A DNA stretch of 63,973 bases, filler included, from an uncultured bacterium (GCA_964449065.1; 12 parts of 12 records of this genome joined end to end with filler, not necessarily neighbours in it); one strand, 5' to 3'. Positions 9,020-19,899 are shown, counted from the whole stretch's first letter. Numbers and translations are program-made. Notes: generated from the sequence alone by a model not told the origin.

Positions 9020-10204
9020 CTACTTCTCGATTCGATCAATTATTGACTCAACATGGGATAATACTGTTTTTGCTCTTTGATTTTCTTCCATCGTAATATA
9101 CTCTGATGCTATTTTCCGCCAAACCACACCTTGTAAATAGGGGTCTTCTATTTCTTGAGACAATTCAAGAGTCTTGGAAAGTAAAATTCCCGCTTCTTCT
9201 TGTTTGTGTTGACGGTACATATTTTTGACAATGCGAATATAGCCTTCAGCACGGTGATAGGGGTCTGCGATTGCATCTGCTGCAACAATGCCCTTTTCAA
9301 ATTGATAGCACTGCCCGTAGTTACGTGCGATCTCACTTTGCACCGCATAGGATGAATCAGCAGGGGGCAATGCTTGTGCGATCACAACTCCGCGGTCCAA
9401 TGCTTTAGCGGCGTTTTCCCGTTCCCCTTTTTCGGCTTGCTCACCGCCAAGCATCGCCAGCGCCTGGGCTTGTTGTAAGGGGTCTGCAATTTGGTCAATG
9501 AGTTGATCGACTTGTTTGAATATCCCTTTTGCTTTGTCACGGTGTTGAATATCCATGGCATGCGCCCCTGCTTCGTTAAACATGATGGCACGTTCATAAG
9601 GGTCCGAAATACCCTGAGCCATACCATATGCTTCATAAACTAAGGGTATGCCATCTTCCGGATCAAGATAGCGGTATCCCGCTCCTGTGCCGGAAAGCAG
9701 TTCGCAGCGCAGTAAATATTGATCCAAACGGTATGCTTTTTCTTCACATTGTTTTAATAGCTCTTGGGTGATATCCGGTTGCTTGGCTTTCGCGGCTTTG
9801 GCGGCTATCTTCCATGCGGTTTTAACCCATAATCCTGTATCTTCTATAGTATTTAAAAGATTAACGGCATGTTGAAAATCGCCTGTAGAAACTGTTTCGT
9901 TGGCTGAATGACCAACAATATGATCAAGCAAATATTGATCTTTGATGTATTTTACATTTTGTTGTGAACGGTTGAATAACTCTTTGCTTTTTTCTTCTTC
10001 GCCAAGTTGATGATACAAATTGGATAACTCTGCCAACAACTTGATTTGTTTGTAATATTTTGCCTCGCCATTAGGGTCATCTGCCAGTTTTGCTTCGAGC
10101 ACGTAATCGGTATGCGAATGAATTGCAAATGGATAAACAAGCGATAGCAGCACAGCAGTGAACACGAATTTGGAAAGTCGTAAATAGTTCATCATTATTT
10201 TCAA
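9020..10204 (-). CDS. Secreted TPR-like alpha-helical repeat protein
   Basis: Signal-like N-terminus; recurring ISDPYER/IADPLQQ/IADPYHR/IEDPYLQ repeats. Confidence 0.75.
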   Translation of the reverse strand: MKIMMNYLRLSKFVFTAVLLSLVYPFAIHSHTDYVLEAKLADDPNGEAKYYKQIKLLAELSNLYHQLGEEEKSKELFNRSQQNVKYIKDQYLLDHIVGHSANETVSTGDFQHAVNLLNTIEDTGLWVKTAWKIAAKAAKAKQPDITQELLKQCEEKAYRLDQYLLRCELLSGTGAGYRYLDPEDGIPLVYEAYGMAQGISDPYERAIMFNEAGAHAMDIQHRDKAKGIFKQVDQLIDQIADPLQQAQALAMLGGEQAEKGERENAAKALDRGVVIAQALPPADSSYAVQSEIARNYGQCYQFEKGIVAADAIADPYHRAEGYIRIVKNMYRQHKQEEAGILLSKTLELSQEIEDPYLQGVVWRKIASEYITMEENQRAKTVLSHVESIIDRIEK

Positions 10205-10274
10205 TTTTCACTTTACATGTTTATAAAGATTTACAACCTTACTGAACCATTCGGTTTTGCACTGATATCCCAGG

Positions 10275-10928
10275 TTATTTTGTCGTTTCAGCCGCATTAT
10301 CATTGGCTGTTACCACATTATTGGCTGTTGCCACCGGGGCTGATTTTCTTGCCGGAACGCGCTGCGTTCTTACGGAAACGTTCTTTGCCGCTTTTCTTGC
10401 CCGTTTTTGCGCCCAGGGTTTATACCACAAATACACACCGGACAAGACGAAGAACACCAAACTCAGGGCGGTTATATAGTAAAGAAGATTCAGCCATCCG
10501 CCAAAGAATTTCCCTGTGTGCAGATCATCCATCACCTTAGCCCAATGCAATGGCTTTGCTTTCGGAGCTTCGGTTTTTGCGAATGCTTTTTTTGTTACGG
10601 CAAATCCCATAACCGATTCATCGGCTTTCACCCAGCGGTCTTCTGCTTCAGCAACCAAAATGGCTCCATGATCCGAAGCCACTTCGACTGGCTTTCCATC
10701 CGAGGTATAAAGGGTAACGACTTCACGCTCTTTATAATCTTTTTTCATTTCTGGCATGTTGTCATACCACGCTACTAATGGTGCAAACGTGATGGGTTGA
10801 TCCTTGAGCCCAAATTTATCTTCATCAACCAAAATAAACCCGGTCACACTGATCACCAAAATAATGATGCCAAAGATTAATCCTGTATAGGAATGCAGTG
10901 TTTTCCAATGTTTGAACTGAAATTTCAT
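10275..10928 (-). CDS. PepSY-associated TM helix domain protein
   Basis: LHSYTGL..SVTG and DLHTGKFFG..LSGVYLW motifs; RBS GGAGG before MKFQF. Confidence 0.85.
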   Translation of the reverse strand: MKFQFKHWKTLHSYTGLIFGIIILVISVTGFILVDEDKFGLKDQPITFAPLVAWYDNMPEMKKDYKEREVVTLYTSDGKPVEVASDHGAILVAEAEDRWVKADESVMGFAVTKKAFAKTEAPKAKPLHWAKVMDDLHTGKFFGGWLNLLYYITALSLVFFVLSGVYLWYKPWAQKRARKAAKNVSVRTQRVPARKSAPVATANNVVTANDNAAETTK

Positions 10929-11100
10929 TAGAATTCCCTCCATTGTGGAATGGATGTTTCCGGATCGATTTCAATCACAAATGTGCCTTGCTTGGTGCCC
11001 NNNNNNNNNNNNNNNNNNNNNNNNNNNNNNNNNNNNNNNNNNNNTTAATTAATTAANNNNNNNNNNNNNNNNNNNNNNNNNNNNNNNNNNNNNNNNNNNN

Positions 11101-11323
11101 AAAATCCTGTTTCCTCTTGACTGGATAATAGGAACTCCACCCTACGAAATACCGGTTGTAAGCGGATGATATCCGTCATCAGCGCTTCCCGCCCGCGCTG
11201 CCCGCACCCGATCACGCCAATCGTAATCGCTTCATTCGCAGCGTGTGTCCGTGTTGGAATCAGCATGGCGGAAGAAACTATACCCGCTTGCATTAGAAAA
11301 AACCGGCGGTCATGATGCTTCAT
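11101..11323 (-). CDS. Gfo/Idh/MocA oxidoreductase with Tat signal, N-terminal fragment
   Basis: DRRFFL leader; ANEAITIGVIGCGQRG Rossmann start; runs into contig end. Confidence 0.8.
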
Positions 11324-11418
11324 GATATTTCTCCTGTATTCGTTTTCCGGTAAAATAAAATGGCTTGATTCCCGTATAAGATAGCATACGTTCGACTCTT
11401 TTATAAATAGAGGCAGCG

Positions 11419-12273
11419 ATGAGAATTTTCATCTTGGTGTTACTCATTACAGGCTTGTGTCGTTCTTTAGTTGCACAAGAAGAACCTGTGGATGCTGTGT
11501 ATGTTGATCCCCCCAGCCAAACGCATCTCACCCGCTGGTATATGCTGGGGCCGCTGCCGGTCATGGATATTGTCGGTCATCTAAAAGCAAGCGGAAAATA
11601 CGAAGACGAAGAAATGGAGAACGAGCCCTTTGTCTACCGCGCCGATGACCAGGAGTGGCTCGGCTGGAAACATTACCATCAGGTCATACAAAAATCGATA
11701 CTCTTGGACAATCAAGCCGACGCGGCAATTCAAGATGTTGAAGGCAAATCATTTACCTTGGGTGGCAAAGAATATGTTTGGAAGTTTGTAGATCATCCAC
11801 ACCGGCGGATCAACCTGGATGATATATATGACCGCCGCGAAAATGCGGTCGTTTACGGCTATACGGAACTGGAGCTGTCCTCTCCTAAAACCGCCTATCT
11901 GTTTTTTCGCAGTGATGATTCGATGAAAGTGTTTTTAAACGGTGAAGAAATCTATTCCTTCATTGGAGGAAGATCTATTGGGCAAGATGTGGATTCCGTC
12001 AAAGTGAATTTGAGAGAAGGGATCAATAGGCTGTTGGTCAAGGTCATCGACTTTCATCTCGATTGGGGGTTCAGCGTCCAATTGCGGGATGAAGATGATT
12101 TGCCTTTGGAAATGGTGATCGAAAATTCAATGGATAAATTTTCCGGTGTTGTGAGTGAAGATGCCAGCGCCATTTGGATCCCGGTTTCGGTCTTCCTCGC
12201 TTGCCTTGTGTTTCTAATCGGCGTATTCTTGGTTGTTGCCAAGATGTATGGCGGCGGCGAAAAATTAAATTAA
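11419..12273 (+). CDS. Secreted protein with PA14-like beta-sandwich and C-terminal TM anchor
   Basis: Signal peptide; SDDSMKVFLNG..VNLREGINRLLVKV..WGF pattern; hydrophobic C-terminal helix. Confidence 0.7.
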   Translation: MRIFILVLLITGLCRSLVAQEEPVDAVYVDPPSQTHLTRWYMLGPLPVMDIVGHLKASGKYEDEEMENEPFVYRADDQEWLGWKHYHQVIQKSILLDNQADAAIQDVEGKSFTLGGKEYVWKFVDHPHRRINLDDIYDRRENAVVYGYTELELSSPKTAYLFFRSDDSMKVFLNGEEIYSFIGGRSIGQDVDSVKVNLREGINRLLVKVIDFHLDWGFSVQLRDEDDLPLEMVIENSMDKFSGVVSEDASAIWIPVSVFLACLVFLIGVFLVVAKMYGGGEKLN

Positions 12274-12403
12274 ACGTAAACCGGTATGAAATGATCTCCT
12301 CGCGCTTTCTCACTATTTCTTTTTAGACGTACAATCAACCCGGTACGTTAGAATTTGGTAAGGATACCCCCCTTGATGTTGTTTCTCATTCTGAATATCT
12401 ATA

Positions 12404-12576
12404 TTATAGCAAAAGAAAAATGAAATGTCCGCTTTCGGTATGACTGGTGGGCTACCGGACACAAGCCATTCGGTTGGATTCAGGCTTGCACCCGCTTTGA
12501 CATAAAGCGTAATCAAGGTTGTAAGAGTGTTGAGCCCTACCAATATAACGGACATTTTTTATTTCAAATGGTATTA
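12404..12576. mobile_element. MITE-like element with ~30-bp imperfect terminal inverted repeats
   Basis: Left TTATAGCAAAAGAAAAATGAAATGTCCGCT vs reverse complement of right end TAATACCATTTGAAATAAAAAATGTCCGTT; nested internal stems. Confidence 0.55.
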
Positions 12577-12612
12577 TGAATATTAGAATGGTACTGGAAA
12601 GGATTCTCTACG

Positions 12613-14112
12613 ATGTGCATCCATAAACGGTTAATACAACTGATTCTGTTCATATTTTTTTCAATTTGCACGTTAACCCCGGTTGTTGCAAAGACCACTC
12701 TTTCGCTCTATTGCGCCGCCGGCATCCGCTATGCGGTAGAAGACGTGATCCAAGACTACCGCGACGAATACGGCATTGAAGTCCAGCCCACCTGGGGCGG
12801 TTCCGGCGCTCTCATCAGCATGATCGATGTCGCCAAACGCGGCGATTTATACCTCGCGGCTGATGAAGATCATATCAAAATCGCCAAAGAAAAAGGCCTG
12901 GTGCAAGAATCCATGCCCATCGCCTATCAGCGCCCCGTCATCGCCGTCAGAAAGGGCAATCCCAAGCAAATCCAATCGCTGCAAGATTTAACCCGCGACG
13001 GCCTTGTTGTATCGCTGGCAAATAAAACCGCGGCTGTCGGCAAAGCTGCCGTCAAATTGCTGAAAACGGTTTCGTTATGGGATGAAGTCAAAGCCCGCGT
13101 AGACAGCAACGGTATCTACAAACCCACCGTGAACGAAGTCGCAAACGATCTCCTCTTAGGCATGGCCGATGCCGGCATACTATGGGACTCAACCGTCATG
13201 CAGTATCAAGACTCGTTAGAGATGATTCCGATTCCCGGTACCGAAGAATTCATCGACAAGATTACAGTTGGCGTTTTGACCGTTTCAAAGCAGCCGGCCG
13301 AAGCGCTGAAGTTCGCCCGTTATCTCTCCGCGCGTGACCGCGGCCTAAAAATCTTTGCCGAGAACAACTGGCCGGTCATCGAAGACGGCGATGTTTGGAA
13401 AGAAACCCCGCAAGTCACCTACTTTGCCGGTGGAGTAAACCGCCGGGCTATCGAAGACACGATCAAAGAATTTTCCCAACGCGAGGGGGTTGAGTTCAAC
13501 ACCGTTTACAACGGCTGCGGCATCTTGGTCGGGCAGATGAAACTGGGGCAGCGCCCCGATGTCTACCACTCCTGCGATGAATCCTTCATGCCCGGTGTCG
13601 CCGAACTGTTCAACGAAGTCATTCCCGTCTCCACGATGGATATCGTGATCTTAGTCGCCCCCTCGCACAAAGACAAAATCAAATCCATCGATGATTTGCT
13701 GCGGCCCGGCATCCGCGTGGGGATGGGCAATCCGGAGCAAAGCGCCATGGGACATCTTACCGTGCAATTGCTGAAAGATGTGGGAAAGTGGGAGGCGTTA
13801 AAAGAATCGCAGAACATCTCCACCCAAGTGCCGACCGGTGAATATCTCATCGCCCCGATTCTTTCCGGCAACTTGGATGCCGCTCTTTGTTATGAATCCA
13901 ACGCCACCCTCGTCCAGCAGCAGGGAGAGGCATTCATCGTCCCGATTAAACATACAAAGGCAACCGCAACCCAAACCTATACCATCGCCAAATCGTCCAA
14001 GCACAAATATTTGATGCAGCGTTTTCTTGATGCCCTGGCCAAAACCGAAGACCGCTATCAAAATGCCGGCTTTACATTCAAACTCAAGGCCGAGCATTTT
14101 TTTACGCAATGA
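12613..14112 (+). CDS. modA: Molybdate ABC substrate-binding protein with two tandem ModA domains
   Basis: LYCAAGIR..GGSGAL..DLYLAAD and FAGGVNR..YNGCGILVGQM..PDVY; upstream of permease and ATPase. Confidence 0.85.
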   Translation: MCIHKRLIQLILFIFFSICTLTPVVAKTTLSLYCAAGIRYAVEDVIQDYRDEYGIEVQPTWGGSGALISMIDVAKRGDLYLAADEDHIKIAKEKGLVQESMPIAYQRPVIAVRKGNPKQIQSLQDLTRDGLVVSLANKTAAVGKAAVKLLKTVSLWDEVKARVDSNGIYKPTVNEVANDLLLGMADAGILWDSTVMQYQDSLEMIPIPGTEEFIDKITVGVLTVSKQPAEALKFARYLSARDRGLKIFAENNWPVIEDGDVWKETPQVTYFAGGVNRRAIEDTIKEFSQREGVEFNTVYNGCGILVGQMKLGQRPDVYHSCDESFMPGVAELFNEVIPVSTMDIVILVAPSHKDKIKSIDDLLRPGIRVGMGNPEQSAMGHLTVQLLKDVGKWEALKESQNISTQVPTGEYLIAPILSGNLDAALCYESNATLVQQQGEAFIVPIKHTKATATQTYTIAKSSKHKYLMQRFLDALAKTEDRYQNAGFTFKLKAEHFFTQ

Positions 14113-14123
14113 CGCAATGAATG

Positions 14124-14562
14124 TTGCAATAAGAATGTTGGTTAAAATTGAGTGATTAGAGATGGTCATGGTGGGCTACGCTTCGCTTTGAGCCCACCCT
14201 ACAGATTCACTATCGTCTTCTCTCTCTGGGAGAAGATAAGAGATGAGGACGATTAGAGCGATTGCTTCTATCTATTTTAAAAAGCATGAAAGACCTATAC
14301 CCCTTCTTCCCCTTACCTCAACCCACACCCAAGGGCGAGAGTGGTAGATGCAGCGAATGATTAGAAAATAGTGACAATTGAAGTGTCATACCAATTGCAA
14401 TAAGAATGTTGGCACAAATTGAGTGAGTAGAGATGGTCATGGTGGGCTACGCTTCGCTTTGAGCCCACCCTACAGATTCACCAAACAGTTTCACCCAACG
14501 GTTTCATTATTCCGTATGGTTGCGTGAAAGATCACTCACTTTTTATATGCAGCTTGGTATAA
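14124..14562. repeat. Nested repeat cluster between modA and modB
   Basis: 87-bp direct repeats 14124-14210 and 14395-14481, each with REP GGTGGGCTACGCTTCGCTTTGAGCCCACCCTAC; family A element between them; ATACCAA..TTGGTAT inverted ends around the second copy. Confidence 0.85.
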
Positions 14563-14697
14563 GTTTAGAACGTATAGGAAATGTTGATATACAATATTCT
14601 CGTTCAAGATTGATGGATAGCATGAAGGAAGTCTCATTGATTGAAATAAGCAAAGCCTTTAATCGTGTTCATTCGCGTGCATTCGCGGTTCAATAAT

Positions 14698-15603
14698 ATG
14701 AAAAACAGTCAGGACGAAACTCAAACGGCAAAATCCAAAGGATACCGCGTATGGAGTGATATCCCTTTTTTTACTCTCTTCGGCGCCATTGGGGGGATGT
14801 ATGTCTTCTTTATCCTCCTGATGATCGCAGCCAGTGTTGTCAAAGTGGAATGGAGCGATTTTACCACTGCGCTTGCCGATGAGAATATTCAATACGCCGC
14901 CCGCTTAAGTATGATCAGCTGCACGGTGACAGCGCTGCTGTCTGTGTTGGTTTCGGTGCCGATAGGGTATCTGATGTCGCGCTACAAAATTCCCGGACGG
15001 GTGTTGATCGACGCGGTTTTGGATATCCCGATTGTGCTTCCGCCCCTCGTCATTGGGCTTACACTGCTCATCTTATTTGGGTTTCCCATCGGCGGCACGG
15101 AAATCGATCCCTACTCAGTCGATGACTTTTTTCATGACCTTTCGGATAAAATTTTAGGGCGTGATAAAGGGATTGTGTTTCAAGTCCCTGCCGTTATTCT
15201 CGCTCAATTTATGGTGGCTTGCGCCTTTGCCGTCCGCACTATGCGAACAACCTTCGACCAAATTCCCCGCCGCCATAAAGACGTCGCCCTCACACTGGGC
15301 TGCAATCACGGGCAGGCATTCTTCCGGGTCATCCTCCCCCATTCCTTTCGCGGTATCTTAACCGCTTTCACCCTATCATGGGCAAGAGCCTTGGGCGAGT
15401 TCGGCCCCATTTTAGTCTTTGCCGGGTCGGTGCGTATGCGTACTGAAGTGCTGCCGGTATCCGTTTTTCTGGAACTCGGCATCGGCAATGTGAAGGGCGC
15501 GCTGGCGGTTTCACTCATCATGGTCGCGACCGCGATTGTGGTGCTGGTGCTGATCCGGCTCATCGGCGGCGTTACATTTGAATCCAGGGGGCACATGGGA
15601 TGA
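14698..15603 (+). CDS. modB: Molybdate ABC permease
   Basis: DIPIVLPPLVIGL, WARALGEFG; start set to MKNSQ. Confidence 0.9.
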   Translation: MKNSQDETQTAKSKGYRVWSDIPFFTLFGAIGGMYVFFILLMIAASVVKVEWSDFTTALADENIQYAARLSMISCTVTALLSVLVSVPIGYLMSRYKIPGRVLIDAVLDIPIVLPPLVIGLTLLILFGFPIGGTEIDPYSVDDFFHDLSDKILGRDKGIVFQVPAVILAQFMVACAFAVRTMRTTFDQIPRRHKDVALTLGCNHGQAFFRVILPHSFRGILTAFTLSWARALGEFGPILVFAGSVRMRTEVLPVSVFLELGIGNVKGALAVSLIMVATAIVVLVLIRLIGGVTFESRGHMG

Positions 15604-16301
15604 TTGAAGTCAACAACCTCTCGGTTCGTATCGGCAAGTTTGAACTCAACAATGTTAACCTTGCCATTCAAGAAGGCAACTATGCTGTGTTGATGGGCAA
15701 GACCGGCTGCGGCAAAACCACCGTGCTCGAAGCCATTTGCGGACTGCGTTCCATCGAATCCGGTGTTATCAATCTCAGTGGCAGGGATGTGACCCGCCTG
15801 AAACCCGCCGAACGCGGTATTGGGTTTGTCCCGCAAGAAGGTTCCATCTTTACCACCATGACGGTGCGGAAGAACATTGCCTTTTCGTTATCCGTACGAT
15901 GGTGGAGCAACCAAAAGAAAACCGAGCGGGTGAATGAATTGGCAAACGCCATCGGCATCGCACACCTGCTGGACCGCATGCCGTACGGCTTAAGCGGAGG
16001 CGAACGCCAGCGCATCGCCGTCGCCCGCGCGCTCGCGTTTCATCCCGAAATCCTATGCCTGGATGAACCGCTCAGTGCCCTCGATTTTGATACCCGGATT
16101 GATATGTGCAATCTGCTGCGCAACGTGGTGAAAGACTTTGGCGTCACGGCGCTGCACATCACCCACAACCGCAACGAAGCCGCCCGTCTTGCCGATCAAA
16201 TTTTTGTGTTTGAAGACAAAAAAATCGTTGAAGTTCCCCGTGATGAATTCATTGAAAAACAAAAACAATCCATGCAACACGATTTTTTCGCTGATTTTTA
16301 G
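15600..16301 (+). CDS. modC: Molybdate/tungstate ABC ATPase (no TOBE domain)
   Basis: GKTGCGKT, LSGGERQR, LCLDEP, HITH; ATGA overlap with permease. Confidence 0.85.
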   Translation: MIEVNNLSVRIGKFELNNVNLAIQEGNYAVLMGKTGCGKTTVLEAICGLRSIESGVINLSGRDVTRLKPAERGIGFVPQEGSIFTTMTVRKNIAFSLSVRWWSNQKKTERVNELANAIGIAHLLDRMPYGLSGGERQRIAVARALAFHPEILCLDEPLSALDFDTRIDMCNLLRNVVKDFGVTALHITHNRNEAARLADQIFVFEDKKIVEVPRDEFIEKQKQSMQHDFFADF

Positions 16302-16344
16302 TTTGAGGATAGGAAGCGCAGGCGTTTGTGGGAAGGCTGGGTTG

Positions 16345-16453
16345 ATTCTGAATCCCCCCTAGCCCCCTTAATAAAGGGGGGCAACAACGGCGGGTAATGC
16401 TGGCTCGGCGGGAGCCTCGCCCTCCCAGGGCTTGTGATTCTGAATCCCCCCTA
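16345..16453. repeat. Inverted copy of the 5591-5998 repeat modules at contig end
   Basis: GAATCCCCCCTAGCCCCCTTAATAAAGGGGGGCAACAACGGCGG..GGCTCGGCGGGAGCCTCGCCCTCC. Confidence 0.85.
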
Positions 16454-16553
16454 NNNNNNNNNNNNNNNNNNNNNNNNNNNNNNNNNNNNNNNNNNNNTTA
16501 ATTAATTAANNNNNNNNNNNNNNNNNNNNNNNNNNNNNNNNNNNNNNNNNNNN

Positions 16554-16604
16554 CGTTCCTACGTTCACGTGCGGTTTCGTCCGCTCGAACTTCTGCTTTG
16601 CCAT
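16554..16604 (-). CDS. tuf: Elongation factor Tu, first 17 codons
   Basis: Reads MAKQKFERTKPHVNVGT; RBS GAAGGAG; downstream of fusA. Confidence 0.95.
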
Positions 16605-16742
16605 GATTGCTGCTCCTTCACTCTCGTATTCAAAATACTGTATTCAAAACTACGGCATCTAAACAATTCCTAACAATTTAATAGTAAACAGTAAAAACCT
16701 GCGCAAACCGCAAAACCTGCATTGGGATGTTGCGCAGATTGT

Positions 16743-18845
16743 TTAAGAGACCGAATAATATCCGAAACCGGATAGTAATTTTTCTTGCACATCAGCGGGC
16801 ACTTCTTCGTACTGTAAAAAATGCATACTGTAAGTGGCCCGGCCTTGTGTTAAGGAACGTAAGGAAGTGGCGTATCCAAACATTTCAGACAGCGGCACTT
16901 CCGCTTGAATTACTTGAGACCCACTTCGCTGCTCGACTCCGGACGTTCTTCCCCGTTTTGAATTCAAGTGTCCAAGTACATCACCGAGGAATTCATCCGG
17001 CGCCACAACCTCAATAGACATGACCGGTTCTAATAAAGTCGGTTTTGCCCGTTCCATCGCATCCCGGAACGCCATCGATCCGGCTATTTCAAACGCCATT
17101 TCCGAAGACTCATTTTCTTTCACAACCGCTCCGGTCAGGCGCACACCTGTATCTACAACAGGATAGCCCATAAGTATACCGCTTTGGAGATTTTGCTGAA
17201 CCCCCTTACGAACAGAATCCAAGAAAATTTTGGGCAAGACCGATTCATCCAAATCGTTCACAAATTCAAAGCCTGCGCCGGTTGGCCGTGGATATGCTTC
17301 TAATTCCACGTTCGCGTAGTGCGGCTTGCCTGCTTGTATGCGGTCATATTCGTGAGAGTCTTTAACCGTTTCACGGATCGTTTCGCGGTAGTTGACCTGT
17401 GGTTTGCCCACATTGGCTTGCACGCCGTATTCCCGTTTGATGCGGTCGACAATGATATCCAGGTGCAATTCTCCCATTCCGGAGATAATGGTTTGACCGG
17501 TTTCATCGTCAACTTTTACATGGAAGGTAGGATCTTCATCTTCCATTTTTTTCAGGCAATCGGCCAGTTTGTCTTGATCCGATACGGTTTTAGGCTCGAT
17601 TGCGACGGAAATGACCGGTTCCGGATAGGAAAGGGTTTCCAAAAATACCGGATGTTTGGCGTCACATAACGAGTCGCCGGTTGAGGCGAAATTTAACCCT
17701 AAGACACCGACAATATCCCCGGCTTTGGCTTCTTTTATTTCTTCCCGTTTGTTGGAATGAATCCGCAATAGACGGTTGAGTCGTTCCCGCTTGTTTTTGG
17801 CCACATTCATAACGGCCTCTCCGGCATTTACTTTGCCGGAATAAACCCGAATGTAGACCATACGTCCATGAGAATCGGTTTTGACTTTAAAAGCCAACGC
17901 GGCAAATGGATGTTCGACATTCGGTTCGCGGACTTCTTCTTGGTTGTTGTGAGGATTGACACAAACAATTGGCGGCACATCCATGGGAGAAGGCAAATAA
18001 TTGATCACCGCGTCTAACAGCAACTGCACGCCTTTATTTTTTAAGGATGAGCCGCACAAAACAGGGATCAGGTCATTGCGGACCGTCGCCAAACGGATGG
18101 CTTTATAAATTGCTTCCGATTCGATGAATTCTCCTTCCAGAAATTTGCGCATTACATCTTCATCATAATCGGAGAGTGTTTCCAGAAGTGAATCCCGGTG
18201 CAATTGTGCTTCTTCCAGCAAAGCATCCGGGATATCGGATTCAGAATAGGTCACCCCATAATCGGCGCAGTCTTGTTCCCAATTGTAGGCTTTCATGCGA
18301 ATGATATCAATCACACCGTTGAATTCGGCTTCCGCCCCAATGGGGATTTGAACCGGAACCGGTTTCGCGTTTAATTTTGCGCGTAACTCATCCACAACCG
18401 CGAAGAAATCCGCGCCAATCCGGTCCATTTTATTGACGAATGCCAGCCGGGGGATGTGGTAGCGGTCGGCCTGACGCCAAACGGTCTCGGATTGCGGTTC
18501 GACACCGCCCACCGCGCAAAACACAACGATACAGCCATCCAAAACGCGCAAAGAACGCTCCACTTCAACGGTAAAATCCACGTGACCGGGCGTATCGATA
18601 ATGTTGATTTGATGGTTTTTCCACTGGCAATAAGTGGCGGCGGAAGTGATGGTAATTCCCCGCTCTTTTTCCTGCTCCATCCAATCCATTTCGGCCGCGC
18701 CATCATGAACTTCCCCGATTTTGTGGGTGCGTCCCGTGTAGTACAGAATGCGTTCGGTCGTCGTCGTCTTGCCCGCGTCAATGTGCGCGGCAATACCGAT
18801 GTTTCGTATCAACGAGAGTTCCGTATTTGTTTTACTCACAGTCAT
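16743..18845 (-). CDS. fusA: Elongation factor G (divergent domain IV)
   Basis: [37 protein letters not shown]; between rpsG and tuf. Confidence 0.95.
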   Translation of the reverse strand: MTVSKTNTELSLIRNIGIAAHIDAGKTTTTERILYYTGRTHKIGEVHDGAAEMDWMEQEKERGITITSAATYCQWKNHQINIIDTPGHVDFTVEVERSLRVLDGCIVVFCAVGGVEPQSETVWRQADRYHIPRLAFVNKMDRIGADFFAVVDELRAKLNAKPVPVQIPIGAEAEFNGVIDIIRMKAYNWEQDCADYGVTYSESDIPDALLEEAQLHRDSLLETLSDYDEDVMRKFLEGEFIESEAIYKAIRLATVRNDLIPVLCGSSLKNKGVQLLLDAVINYLPSPMDVPPIVCVNPHNNQEEVREPNVEHPFAALAFKVKTDSHGRMVYIRVYSGKVNAGEAVMNVAKNKRERLNRLLRIHSNKREEIKEAKAGDIVGVLGLNFASTGDSLCDAKHPVFLETLSYPEPVISVAIEPKTVSDQDKLADCLKKMEDEDPTFHVKVDDETGQTIISGMGELHLDIIVDRIKREYGVQANVGKPQVNYRETIRETVKDSHEYDRIQAGKPHYANVELEAYPRPTGAGFEFVNDLDESVLPKIFLDSVRKGVQQNLQSGILMGYPVVDTGVRLTGAVVKENESSEMAFEIAGSMAFRDAMERAKPTLLEPVMSIEVVAPDEFLGDVLGHLNSKRGRTSGVEQRSGSQVIQAEVPLSEMFGYATSLRSLTQGRATYSMHFLQYEEVPADVQEKLLSGFGYYSVS

Positions 18846-18893
18846 CGTGTCCAAACGGTTTGGTGTAATCGTATCCGTTAGTGAATTAAAATC

Positions 18894-18940
18894 ACATAAA
18901 AGCATGTGAAAGCTGAACAAAACTTTCACATGCTTTATGT
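18894..18940. promoter_or_regulatory. Long hairpin in the rpsG-fusA spacer
   Basis: ACATAAAAGCATGTGAAAG / CTTTCACATGCTTTATGT, 18-bp stem with one bulge. Confidence 0.6.
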
Positions 18941-18981
18941 CAGTTAAGCTATATTATAAATGAATTGTAAGACCGCTTTGA

Positions 18982-19461
<480 letters not shown>

Positions 19462-19524
19462 TCACCTGCGATTTATAAAATTTGTGCGATTTAATAATTT
19501 ATAAGGCTATATCCAACCTACGAT

Positions 19525-19899
19525 TTACTCTTTGGGTCTTTTTGCACCGTATTTTGAGCGTCCGCGTCTCCGTTTATCCACGCCGGTGGTTTCCAATGAT
19601 CCGCGAACGATGTGATAGCGTACACTGGGCAAGTCTTTCACACGGCCGCCGCGAACCAAAACAATGCTGTGTTCCTGCAAGTTATGGCCTTCACCGGGAA
19701 TGTAAGCGTTGACTTCAATTCCGTTGGTTAACCGAACCCGGGCGACTTTACGCAAAGCCGAGTTTGGCTTTTTGGGGCTCATGGTCCAAACCCGTGTGCA
19801 AACGCCGCGGCGCTGCGGGCATCCCGTCATTGCCGGCGACTTGGATTTTTTGGATTTTGTTTTTCTACCCTTTTTAATCAATTGATTGATTGTTGGCAT
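19525..19899 (-). CDS. rpsL: 30S ribosomal protein S12
   Basis: [40 protein letters not shown]. Confidence 0.99.
   Translation of the reverse strand: MPTINQLIKKGRKTKSKKSKSPAMTGCPQRRGVCTRVWTMSPKKPNSALRKVARVRLTNGIEVNAYIPGEGHNLQEHSIVLVRGGRVKDLPSVRYHIVRGSLETTGVDKRRRGRSKYGAKRPKE

Noticed and set aside
12404..12612. Canonical Moco riboswitch upstream of modA
   Set aside because: I cannot find the 3' CCUCCCG..GGAAAGG signature of the E. coli moaA-type motif; kept only as an unknown structured element
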